From a virus, in the IMG/VR virus record IMGVR_UViG_3300042527_000802, positions 53,481 to 117,480 of that record: DNA of 64,000 nucleotides, one strand, 5' to 3'. Shown here one piece after another: positions 17,352-26,607 of the stretch; the stretch's first letter is position 1, and every line of letters begins with the position of its first letter. The notes below the pieces were generated by a model. The model had not been told where the DNA came from. It did no database searches and was given only the letters and a program-made list of their open reading frames with translations. The translations under genes and the position numbers were made by a program.

Positions 17352-18367
17352 TGACAACTTTAAAAGAAGATGTAATCAAAAAATTTGGTGATGAAATTAT
17401 ATTGTCTGGCAATGCTTTAATTGATAAAAAGGTCTTAACTATTCCTGTTAGTCCATCGCTTGATATTGCTCTTAATGGTGGTATTCCAGAAGGAAGTTTT
17501 GTTGTATTAACAGGACAACCAAAGTGTGGTAAAACAACGTCCTCATTAGACTTTGCAGCAACTGCACAAAGAAAAGAGTATGCTCATGGATCATTTAAAG
17601 ATGGGCGCCAAGTATACTATCTTAATATTGAAGGAAGATTAAAGAAAAGAGACCTAGAAGGCATACCCGGACTAGACTTATCCAGATTCCATATCATCGG
17701 AAGTCAACAGGGTAAAATTCTTCATGGAGAAGAATATCTACAAATCGGTGAAAGAATTATCAATGAAGTTCCAGGATGTGTTTTGATTATAGACTCATAT
17801 TCTGCTTTGTGTACAGAAGCTGAAATTACCAGCGATATGGATAAAATGCAAAGAGCAGATGGTGCCAAATTATTAGCCAAATTTTGTCGTAAGATTGCAA
17901 ATGTGATTCCTGTAAATAGAAATATTGTAATTGGTATTACGCACTTAATGGGTAATCCAACAGGATATGGTGCAGAGTTTAAGGAGAAGAGCGGTCAGGC
18001 TATTGCATACCAAACTGATATTAAATTACGAGCAAAAACATTCAAGCCATGGGTTGTAGGGACCGATAATACTCAGATCGGCCAAGAAATAGAGTGGCAA
18101 GTTGTTTGTTCCGCATTAGGTGCGCCAGGAGCAACTGCTACTAGTTTTATACGATATGGTCAAGGTATTGACAAGCACACGGAACTGATTAATCTAGCAT
18201 CAGACTTGGGCGTAATTCAAAAGGGTGGTGCTTGGTATACAATACCTAGTTTAGAAGATAAGCCTAAATTTCAAGGTGTTGAAAAAGTTAGAGCGTTTTT
18301 AGTAGAAAATAATGAAGCATATAAAAAGATAAGTGAATCAGTCAAAGAGCTACTAGGATTAAAATGA
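17351..18367 (+). CDS. recA: RecA/UvsX-family recombinase
   Basis: LDIALNGGIP, Walker A GQPKCGKTT, Walker B IIDS, C-terminal KGGAWY. Confidence 0.92.
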   Translation: MTTLKEDVIKKFGDEIILSGNALIDKKVLTIPVSPSLDIALNGGIPEGSFVVLTGQPKCGKTTSSLDFAATAQRKEYAHGSFKDGRQVYYLNIEGRLKKRDLEGIPGLDLSRFHIIGSQQGKILHGEEYLQIGERIINEVPGCVLIIDSYSALCTEAEITSDMDKMQRADGAKLLAKFCRKIANVIPVNRNIVIGITHLMGNPTGYGAEFKEKSGQAIAYQTDIKLRAKTFKPWVVGTDNTQIGQEIEWQVVCSALGAPGATATSFIRYGQGIDKHTELINLASDLGVIQKGGAWYTIPSLEDKPKFQGVEKVRAFLVENNEAYKKISESVKELLGLK

Positions 18368-18771
18368 CAATTGTGGATTTAGACAATAATGTTGTTAACT
18401 GGCAATTAACAGGACATATTGCAAAGGGAAGACTGCAGAATAAATCCTCTCTTCATCTACAGGCTAGAAAACTGATTACTATATCATTTCCAACATTACA
18501 AATACTAGAAGAAGTTCCTATACCATTACGACGATCTGAGACTTTGTATTTGGATTTTTATTTGCCACTAATTAAAACATGTATAGAAGTTCATGGAGAA
18601 CAACATTTTAAATTTGTTCCATTTTATCACAGTACAGTATTAAACTTTTTAAAAGCAAAAAAACGAGATCAACAAAAACTTGAATGGTGTGAAAAAAACG
18701 GAATCAATCATATAATACTATCATACAATGAATCAGAATCACAATGGAAAGATAAATTAAAACATGAATAA
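18364..18771 (+). CDS. PD-(D/E)xK / DUF559-like endonuclease
   Basis: LYLDFYLP...IEVHGEQHF...RDQQKLEWC. Confidence 0.8.
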   Translation: MTIVDLDNNVVNWQLTGHIAKGRLQNKSSLHLQARKLITISFPTLQILEEVPIPLRRSETLYLDFYLPLIKTCIEVHGEQHFKFVPFYHSTVLNFLKAKKRDQQKLEWCEKNGINHIILSYNESESQWKDKLKHE

Positions 18772-19255
18772 GCCAGCAAAAGAAGAACTACAATATTGGG
18801 ATAAAATATTAGATGATTATGAAAAAACTCTGTCACTTCCAGACTATGCCGCTGGTTGTGCTGTGACAGAATCTGAAATGAATTCTTATCTAAATATGAC
18901 TAGAGATGAAATAGAAAAACTAGGCCCAGAAGACTGTGCTCAAATTTCGTATAGGTTATCTCAATTTGGATTTTATCTACAAAGAAGTTTAAATAGAGAG
19001 ATTGCTAGGCATAATTGGTCAGAAGAGTCTATTAAAGAAGCAATAGCAGACGAAATCAATAACTATAAAGGTTATGGATATATTGAAAAATCATTACAAG
19101 CCATCAAGCACAATGACAAAGCATCTGCATTAAATAATATTAAAAAATATGCTAAACAACGAATGGATAGACTGTCTTATCTAGCTAATACCATAAAAAA
19201 TTTAAGTGATATATTACTATCAATTCAAAAGACAAAGGTGAAACATGCCTCTTGA
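18764..19255 (+). CDS. Helical protein, possibly a UvsY-like recombination mediator
   Basis: All-alpha pattern with two long helices around GYGYIEK, lying two genes after recA; assignment is by pattern only. Confidence 0.45.
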   Translation: MNKPAKEELQYWDKILDDYEKTLSLPDYAAGCAVTESEMNSYLNMTRDEIEKLGPEDCAQISYRLSQFGFYLQRSLNREIARHNWSEESIKEAIADEINNYKGYGYIEKSLQAIKHNDKASALNNIKKYAKQRMDRLSYLANTIKNLSDILLSIQKTKVKHAS

Positions 19256-19619
19256 TAATGATGATATTAAGCAGTTGATTGCTATTTTACAAAAGGGCTT
19301 GACGGATAACTCTGTGTCGGATACACTTGAGGAAGAGCCTGTTCAAAAACCTAAAAAGGCCGCTAAAAAAGCTGTCAAAAAAGAGCAGACAAAATCAACT
19401 AATAAATTCGATCAGATGTTAGAAAAAAGTATGCACAGAGAGGATATAGAGATTGATCGCAAATTAGCACAGCACCCACCGTCTATACGAGCAAGAGAGT
19501 TTTCTCCTGTAGAAGCTACTTGCAGAGTATGTGGTAAAGTAGAACAAGTTAATCCGGCCTTAATATATGATGCCCCCAATAGATATAAATGTAACAAGTG
19601 CGCAAGGACTCCTGGATAA
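19245..19619 (+). CDS. Hypothetical protein with a C-terminal zinc finger
   Basis: CRVCG...YKCNKC. Confidence 0.7.
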   Translation: MPLDNDDIKQLIAILQKGLTDNSVSDTLEEEPVQKPKKAAKKAVKKEQTKSTNKFDQMLEKSMHREDIEIDRKLAQHPPSIRAREFSPVEATCRVCGKVEQVNPALIYDAPNRYKCNKCARTPG

Positions 19620-19622
19620 TTT

Positions 19623-21080
19623 ATGATTTTATGCGACCCGTCTGCTGAAAGAGCAGTATTAAGCTGTATTCTCCAACATGGAGATAAGGCTTATCTTGAG
19701 ATTAATGATATTCTTAATCAAGAATGTTTTACTGTAGATAGTAATCAACTAATATATAGTTGTATCAAACATATATTTTCTAAAGATACAGTGTCATCGC
19801 TGGATATAGCGTCAATATATTCAGCAGCACAGGATCTGGGCGTTAGTCATATTCTTAATAAAAAAGAAGAAGTACAACATCTAAAAGCAATTAAAGATTT
19901 TCCAGCCAATATAGATAACATCAAGCAGTTCGCTGCCAAAATAAAAAAGCTAGAGATCGCCCGTTCTTTACATAAAGAATTAGAAAGGGCTCAAGATAGA
20001 TTATTAGATGTCACTGGTTCAGAACCAATCTCTTCTATTCTGTCTATAGCGGAAGACTCTCTATTTGAGTTCGGATCAAATCTATCAAATGACAATGAGC
20101 CATATCATATTGGCGATGGTCTAGATGAATATATAGAATATCTATCCACCAATCCAGTAGATCAAGTTGGTATATCTAGCGGATTCCCCATATATGATCA
20201 GTCAATTGGTGGAGGATTCCGCAAAGGAACAGTAAATATTATTGCTGCTAGACCAAAAGCTGGTAAGTCTATGTGGGCAGATAATGTAGGATTTTATGTT
20301 GCTAATAAATTAGGTATTCCAGTATTAAATATGGATACCGAAATGAGCAATAAAGATCATATTCATCGAGTTATGGCTATGATGACAGAAGTTGAAATTA
20401 ATGCTATAGAAACCGGCAAGTTCAATAAATCCCCTGTACAATTAGAAAAGATAAAGAAAGCATCTGAAGATCTAAAAAATACTAAACTTTATTATAAGTC
20501 TATTGCTGGGAAACCATTTGATGAACAACTTAGTATTATGCGTAGGTGGATTTGTAAAGAAGTGGGTTTGAATTCGGATGGCACAGCAAAGGATTGTTTG
20601 ATCATTTATGACTATTTAAAATTGATGGACACTAGCGGTATGTCTCAAGATTTAAAGGAATACCAACTCCTTGGATTCATGATGACAGCACTGCATAACT
20701 TTGCTGTTAAATATCAGGTTCCTATTCTTGGATTTATCCAATTAAATAGAGATGGTATTACCAAGGAAAGTACAGATACCGCATCTGGGTCTGATAGAAT
20801 TATATGGCTATGTAGCAATTTCAGTATATTCAAAAGAAAAAGCGATGAAGAAATTGCTGAAGATGGTGGAAAATCTGGTAATAGAAAATTAGTACCATTA
20901 ATTAGTAGACACGGAGGTTGTCTTGATGATAATGATTATATCAACTTTAACTTAACGGGTTGGTGTGCAAAAATATCAGAAGGACAAACCAAACTAGAAA
21001 TTTCTCATAATACCTCATCTAAAAAAGATGGATTTGTAGTCGATGAAAACAATGATCAAGAAGAAATACCATTCGTATAA
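19623..21080 (+). CDS. dnaB: Replicative DNA helicase
   Basis: AERAVL N-domain, AARPKAGKS, DTEM, YDYLKLM, QLNR. Confidence 0.95.
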   Translation: MILCDPSAERAVLSCILQHGDKAYLEINDILNQECFTVDSNQLIYSCIKHIFSKDTVSSLDIASIYSAAQDLGVSHILNKKEEVQHLKAIKDFPANIDNIKQFAAKIKKLEIARSLHKELERAQDRLLDVTGSEPISSILSIAEDSLFEFGSNLSNDNEPYHIGDGLDEYIEYLSTNPVDQVGISSGFPIYDQSIGGGFRKGTVNIIAARPKAGKSMWADNVGFYVANKLGIPVLNMDTEMSNKDHIHRVMAMMTEVEINAIETGKFNKSPVQLEKIKKASEDLKNTKLYYKSIAGKPFDEQLSIMRRWICKEVGLNSDGTAKDCLIIYDYLKLMDTSGMSQDLKEYQLLGFMMTALHNFAVKYQVPILGFIQLNRDGITKESTDTASGSDRIIWLCSNFSIFKRKSDEEIAEDGGKSGNRKLVPLISRHGGCLDDNDYINFNLTGWCAKISEGQTKLEISHNTSSKKDGFVVDENNDQEEIPFV

Positions 21081-22206
21081 TCAACAAAAATTAAAGATTT
21101 TATCTGATAAACTATGCGATGATATAGATTCACTATTATCGTATTTTGATATCGAATATAAAACTTTATCCAAAATGATCACTATGAGTTGTCCAATTCA
21201 TGGTGGTGATAATTCCTCTGCATTAAATTTGTATCCTGATGGAGATACATATAGAGGCAACTGGAAGTGCAGAACTCATCAGTGTGAAGAAGTCTTTAAG
21301 TCTTCTATAATAGGATTTATTAGAGGCGTTCTTTCTCATCAAGAACACGGATGGAAGTGTAACGGAGATCAGACTTGTACTTTTGATGAGGCTATAAAAT
21401 TTGCAGAAAAATTTATTAAACAAAATTTAGATGATATCAAGATAGATAAAAAACATGTTGAGAAGACTAATTTTGTAAATACGGTCAACTATATTAGCAC
21501 AGCACAAAATGCTAATTCGTCCAATAAATTGACCAGAAAACAAATTCAGAAGGCTCTAGATATCCCTTCCTCCTACTTTTTAAATAGGGGGTATAGCGAG
21601 CACATACTTAAAAAATATGACGTTGGTGACTGCGTGGCAAGCGGTAAAGAGATGTCCGACAGGGCGGTTGTTCCTGTTTATGACATGGATTATAAATATA
21701 TGATTGGTTGCACAGGAAGAAGCATTCATGAAAAGTGTGCAATTTGTAAATCTTTTCATAATATTGATGATAAATGTCCAAACGATAATGAATTATGGCT
21801 AATGTCAAAGTGGAGACACAGCAAGGATTTTAAGACCCAGGAATCCTTATATAATTTTTGGTTTGCTAAAGAATATATTGTTAAACAACAATTTGCTATT
21901 TTAGTAGAAAGTCCTGGTAACGTATGGAGATTAGAAGAATCTGGAATACATAATTCTGTTGCCGTCTTTGGATCTTCCCTGTCAGATCGTCAGAAGATAC
22001 TATTAGATATCTCAGGTGCGTTGTCTTTGGTTCTAATCATGGATAACGATGAGGCTGGACGCAAGGCTTGTGAAATGATAAAGAAAAAATGTCACAAGAT
22101 ATATAATATATTCACAATCAACATTTCAGGAAGTGATATAGGATCCATGACAGTAGATCAGATTAAAAGCGAAATCTTACCCCAAATAGAAGCATTAAAT
22201 TTATGA
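21043..22206 (+). CDS. dnaG: DNA primase (zinc-binding domain + Toprim)
   Basis: CPIH...WKCRTHQC zinc domain; LYN, LVES and MDNDEAG Toprim motifs. Confidence 0.9.
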   Translation: MKTMIKKKYHSYNQQKLKILSDKLCDDIDSLLSYFDIEYKTLSKMITMSCPIHGGDNSSALNLYPDGDTYRGNWKCRTHQCEEVFKSSIIGFIRGVLSHQEHGWKCNGDQTCTFDEAIKFAEKFIKQNLDDIKIDKKHVEKTNFVNTVNYISTAQNANSSNKLTRKQIQKALDIPSSYFLNRGYSEHILKKYDVGDCVASGKEMSDRAVVPVYDMDYKYMIGCTGRSIHEKCAICKSFHNIDDKCPNDNELWLMSKWRHSKDFKTQESLYNFWFAKEYIVKQQFAILVESPGNVWRLEESGIHNSVAVFGSSLSDRQKILLDISGALSLVLIMDNDEAGRKACEMIKKKCHKIYNIFTINISGSDIGSMTVDQIKSEILPQIEALNL

Positions 22207-22823
22207 CAACAATTATAGCATTTGCTGGACGCAAGCAGTCAGGAAAAACAACATGCGCTCAATTTGTTAACAATATCCTCAGCACTTTAGGTTCTGTACA
22301 AATATATAATTTTGCAGATCCTCTTAAACAAGATATATGCATGAATATGCTTGGATTAACATATGATCAATGCTATGGGGATGATAATAAGAAAAATGAA
22401 TTTACTGATATTGATTGGAAAGACGTTCCAGGATATAGTGAAAATTGGAGTGAATATGGCGGTCTGATGACTGCTAGACAAGTTATGCAAGTTGTGGGGA
22501 CTGATATATTTCGTAAAATGAAAAATGATATATGGGCGTCTGCAACTGTTAAGAAGATTGCTCAGGATAATTTGGATTTTGCTATAATAGCAGATTGTAG
22601 ATTTCCAAATGAAGTAGATGTTGTTAAGAATGCTAACGGATGGGTGATTAAATTGACAAGAGACCCTCATCATTCCGATCATGCCAGTGAATCAGCATTA
22701 GACCCTATAAATTATGATGAAGATAATTTTGATTGTGTTATAGACAATGCAAATATGACCATCTCAGAACAAAATAATAAAATTCTTGAATTTCTCCAAC
22801 AAAAAGGAATGATCCTATTATAA
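22203..22823 (+). CDS. Deoxynucleoside monophosphate kinase
   Basis: GRKQSGKTT, FADPLK, RQVMQVVGTD, DCRFPNE, HASE. Confidence 0.9.
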   Translation: MTTIIAFAGRKQSGKTTCAQFVNNILSTLGSVQIYNFADPLKQDICMNMLGLTYDQCYGDDNKKNEFTDIDWKDVPGYSENWSEYGGLMTARQVMQVVGTDIFRKMKNDIWASATVKKIAQDNLDFAIIADCRFPNEVDVVKNANGWVIKLTRDPHHSDHASESALDPINYDEDNFDCVIDNANMTISEQNNKILEFLQQKGMILL

Positions 22824-23857
22824 TTACATATTTTCGTAGCTCATCATACAATACTCATGGCATGTGTGAGCAACAATATTTTCTCGAATATGTTCTTGGA
22901 TGGAGAGGCCCGTCAGGACAAAAAGCAGACAAAGGAACTATTGTACATAAGGTATTAGAAATATTGGCCATTATTAAAAAAGCTCAACAAGACAATATTC
23001 AAATTGTTGATGACGATGTTGCTGGTAAGGTAGATACTTCAAACTATAACTTAAACACATTAATAGAAAAGTCATACAAGCATTATTCCGATGCCTCGCC
23101 CCATCATAAATGGACTCCCAAAGATTACAAAGATTGTCATGCTTGGGTTTACAAGGCTATAGAATTTAATAGTGGGATGTTTGATCCCAGGAATAGAAAT
23201 ATATTAAGACCAGAACAGCATTTTGATTTTACCATCAATAAAAAGTGGGCTGAATATTCATTTAAAACAGATGATGGTTTACTTACTGGAAATCTAGCAC
23301 TTAAAGGAACAATAGACTTAGTAACATTGGCCAATGAAAAAACTATTGAAATAGTAGACTGGAAAACTGGCAGACGGTTAGATTGGGCAACTGGTCAAGA
23401 AAAAACACAAGAAAAACTCGAAAAAGATCCACAATTAAGAATATATCATTATGCAATAAGTCATCTATATCCGAACATAGATCATATTATATTTTCCATA
23501 TATTTTATTAATGATGGTGGCCCATTCTCAATATGCTTTGATAAAAAAGATCTAGCAGACACAGAGAATATGTTAAGACAAAAATTTGAATACATTAAAC
23601 AAACAAAAAAGCCAAGACTTAACAAAAGCTGGATGTGTTCAAAATTATGTCATTTTGGAAAAACAACATTTGAAAATAGCAATATTTTACCTATTATTGA
23701 ATATAGGGATAATCAGTTATGTCAACAGGGGTCATACATGACTAAGTGCGAACAAATCAAGCATGATATGGACTTGCACGGCATGGATGCTGTGGTAAAA
23801 CAATACAAGCATACCAATCATACTTTTGGTTCTTATAAGGCTCCAGGATCAACTTGA
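22817..23857 (+). CDS. Cas4/AddB-like PD-(D/E)xK exonuclease with probable Fe-S ligands; probable non-AUG start
   Basis: GTIVH, GTIDLV, DWKTG, QLRIY; Cys in GMCEQ, MCSKLC and KCEQ. The frame extends upstream of the ATG at 22862 to an ATT at 22817 preceded by AAAGGA. Confidence 0.8.
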   Translation: MIITYFRSSSYNTHGMCEQQYFLEYVLGWRGPSGQKADKGTIVHKVLEILAIIKKAQQDNIQIVDDDVAGKVDTSNYNLNTLIEKSYKHYSDASPHHKWTPKDYKDCHAWVYKAIEFNSGMFDPRNRNILRPEQHFDFTINKKWAEYSFKTDDGLLTGNLALKGTIDLVTLANEKTIEIVDWKTGRRLDWATGQEKTQEKLEKDPQLRIYHYAISHLYPNIDHIIFSIYFINDGGPFSICFDKKDLADTENMLRQKFEYIKQTKKPRLNKSWMCSKLCHFGKTTFENSNILPIIEYRDNQLCQQGSYMTKCEQIKHDMDLHGMDAVVKQYKHTNHTFGSYKAPGST

Positions 23858-25728
23858 TGTCATATTATAGTCCGCTTCATGTCCATTCTCACTATTCTTT
23901 GTTAGATGGACTAAGCAAGCCGAAGCAAATAGCAGCAAGATGTCTAAGCATAGGAGCAAAATCCTGTGCATTAACAGATCATGGCAATATATCAGGAGCG
24001 GTACAATTCCATTCAAGTATGAAATCTGCTGGCATAAAGCCAATTTTGGGTTGTGAGATATATGTTTGCGAACAAGATCCGTCTATGCAAACAAAAGAAA
24101 ATGGAGATTTGTCCCACTTTTTATTATTGGCTAAAAATTATGCTGGATGGAAAAGTCTCATAAAAATCATATCAGAATGCAATCTGCCAAATTATTTCTA
24201 TAAAAAACCTCGTATTAATTTTGACACATTATCAGAATTATTAGATGGAAATATTATAGGATTTTGTGGTCACCTAGGGTCAACTCTGGCAAATAAATTA
24301 CATAATGCTGAAAACCCCATGAGCATTGGCAAAGAGTTTGTAGCCAAAATGAGAGATATGTTTGGTTATGATAATTTTTTATTGGAGTCTCAACTAATAG
24401 ACAAAGATCATAATCCTAGTCAGATTGAATTAACAGATACGATTAGAAGAATAGCCAAAGATAATAAGGTTAAATTAATAGCAACGCCAGATGCTCATTA
24501 TTGCGAAAGCGAAGACGCAATAGATCAAAGAATATTACTATGCAATAATCTCAAAGTAACTCTTTCTGATATAAATAGAAAACTATTATCTAATGAAGAT
24601 ATCCCAATGGGCTGCTTCTTTAGGTCTGATAAATACCATATACCTTCTTATGATGAAATGAAAGATATTCATACTCAAGAAGAATTAGACAATACTAATC
24701 TTGTTGCTGATTTATGCGAAGATTACGAAATCAAACATAAGCCATTTTTACCAGACTTCGAGTGCCCTAAAGGATACGATCCAGATACCTTTTTAAGACA
24801 ACTATGTAGAGATGGCTGGAAAGAAAAAATCAAAGGCAAAATAGATACCGACAAAGAAGAAGTTTATGTTGAAAGAGTAAAGCACGAATTAGAAGTATTA
24901 CAAGGAGCTGGTTTGTCCAGTTACTTCTTAATAGTTCAAGATATGGTAAATTACGTAAAAAATAACCAATGGCTAGCAGGACCGGGAAGAGGCAGTGCTG
25001 CTGGATGCTTAGTGTCATATTTAATTGGGATCACAGATATAGATCCTATCAAATATAAATTGATCTTTGAAAGATTTTATTCTGCTGGTCGAAATACTAA
25101 AGATAGAATATCGTTACCAGATATAGATATGGACGTACCAATTAATAAAAGAGAAAACGTTATTGAATACGTTAAAGAAAAATATGGCGAAGATAAAGTA
25201 TCTCAAATGATTACATATAATACCATGAAAGGTAGAGGAGCATTAAAAGAAGTACTTAGAGTATATGGTAATATAGGTTTTGAAGAGATGAATAGAATTA
25301 CCAAATATATTCCAGACGAAGCAAAAATTGCTGATGAACTACAAGAAATGAAAGAAGAAACAGGAGAGTCATCTATTATTAGATGGGCTTTAGAAAATCA
25401 ATCAGATAGACTAAAGGAATGGTGTTTTTTAAACGATGACGATACTTTGGCCGGTCCTCTTGCAAAAAGATTTGAGCAGGCTATTAGATTAGAGGGTACT
25501 AAGTCCAATCAGTCAAAACACGCAGCAGGAGTGGTTATATCTAGTCAAAAACTAAGCGAAATATGCCCTATGGTATATGACTCTAAAAATGATCAGACAA
25601 TAGCCGGTATGGAGATGCAAGACCTTGAATCTCTAGGTGTAATTAAATTTGATGTACTTGGTTTAGCCTTTTTGGATAAGGCTATGTACATTTCAGATTT
25701 ACTAATGAATGAAGGAATAGAATTATGA
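23857..25728 (+). CDS. dnaE: DNA polymerase III alpha, N-terminal part (PHP, palm, thumb)
   Basis: HVHSHYSLLDG, TDHG, GRGSAAG, FERF, PDIDMD, HAAGVV, KFDVLGL. Confidence 0.93.
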   Translation: MSYYSPLHVHSHYSLLDGLSKPKQIAARCLSIGAKSCALTDHGNISGAVQFHSSMKSAGIKPILGCEIYVCEQDPSMQTKENGDLSHFLLLAKNYAGWKSLIKIISECNLPNYFYKKPRINFDTLSELLDGNIIGFCGHLGSTLANKLHNAENPMSIGKEFVAKMRDMFGYDNFLLESQLIDKDHNPSQIELTDTIRRIAKDNKVKLIATPDAHYCESEDAIDQRILLCNNLKVTLSDINRKLLSNEDIPMGCFFRSDKYHIPSYDEMKDIHTQEELDNTNLVADLCEDYEIKHKPFLPDFECPKGYDPDTFLRQLCRDGWKEKIKGKIDTDKEEVYVERVKHELEVLQGAGLSSYFLIVQDMVNYVKNNQWLAGPGRGSAAGCLVSYLIGITDIDPIKYKLIFERFYSAGRNTKDRISLPDIDMDVPINKRENVIEYVKEKYGEDKVSQMITYNTMKGRGALKEVLRVYGNIGFEEMNRITKYIPDEAKIADELQEMKEETGESSIIRWALENQSDRLKEWCFLNDDDTLAGPLAKRFEQAIRLEGTKSNQSKHAAGVVISSQKLSEICPMVYDSKNDQTIAGMEMQDLESLGVIKFDVLGLAFLDKAMYISDLLMNEGIEL

Positions 25729-25904
25729 ATAAAAACTTTTCAGATATTAAAGTGGGCGAAAGATTCACTATAAACGGTAAAGAATATGTTAGAATACAGG
25801 ATGTTAAAGTTAGTTGCTGTAGATCTATTAATGCTCAAGCAGTAGAAAATGCCGGTGAACGTATTTTTGTGCAACCTACAAATGTGGTGACCGTAAATGC
25901 CTAA
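25725..25904 (+). CDS. 59-aa beta-rich protein not in the ORF track
   Basis: ATGA overlap with the dnaE-N stop, AAGGA upstream, overlaps the exonuclease start; MNKNFSDIKVGERFTINGKEYVRIQDVKVSCCRSINAQAVENAGERIFVQPTNVVTVNA. Confidence 0.7.
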   Translation: MNKNFSDIKVGERFTINGKEYVRIQDVKVSCCRSINAQAVENAGERIFVQPTNVVTVNA

Positions 25905-26607
25905 TTTTCAAAAATTGTGCGTTTTCGATTTGGAAACGGACGGAGTAGATCCAGGAAAATGTAGTCCAGTACAAATTGCTGCTATTATAGTTGATCCAAT
26001 TAAATTAGAAATTATACCAAATTCAGAATTTAATATCCATTTAAAGCCAGAAGCTTTAGAAAATAATGCTTCATATAAATATGAAGACAGCGATGTTTTA
26101 GATTTCCATTCAAAGGTAAGAGGGTGCTCTAAAGAAGATATTCTTAAATCATGGCGCTCTTATCAAGATCAAAAAACTGGATGGGAAATGTTTGTCTCAT
26201 ATCTAAATATGTATCATACTAGATCTAATGGTAAAAAATCCTGCTTCACTGCACCAATTGCTGCTGGATATAATATTAATAGGTTTGATCTTAGGATTAT
26301 AGAAAGATTAAGTACTAAATATGGCAATCTTAATAAAGAAGCCAAATCAGATTTGTTTTATCCTAGAGACGTTATTGATGTTATGAATATTCTGTTTTAT
26401 TGGTTTGAGTATAATAATGAGCTTAAAAATTATACGCTAGATAACCTAAGAGATTATCTGGGTTTGAGTAAAGAGGGTGCCCATGATGCTCTAAAGGATG
26501 TTAAAGATACTGCAGAAATCATGATTAGATTTTTAAAGTTACATAGAAAACTTGGAGAAAAGGTAAAATTTAAGGGATCCTTTGCAAATGCAAAAATACA
26601 AATTTAG
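25897..26607 (+). CDS. DEDDh 3'-5' exonuclease (DnaQ/epsilon-like)
   Basis: VFDLETDG (ExoI), GYNINRFD (ExoII), AHDALKD (ExoIII). Confidence 0.9.
   Translation: MPNFQKLCVFDLETDGVDPGKCSPVQIAAIIVDPIKLEIIPNSEFNIHLKPEALENNASYKYEDSDVLDFHSKVRGCSKEDILKSWRSYQDQKTGWEMFVSYLNMYHTRSNGKKSCFTAPIAAGYNINRFDLRIIERLSTKYGNLNKEAKSDLFYPRDVIDVMNILFYWFEYNNELKNYTLDNLRDYLGLSKEGAHDALKDVKDTAEIMIRFLKLHRKLGEKVKFKGSFANAKIQI

Noticed and set aside
22817-23857. CRISPR-Cas system suggested by the Cas4-like nuclease
   Set aside because: No repeat-spacer array or other cas genes; solo nucleases of this type are common in phage replication modules
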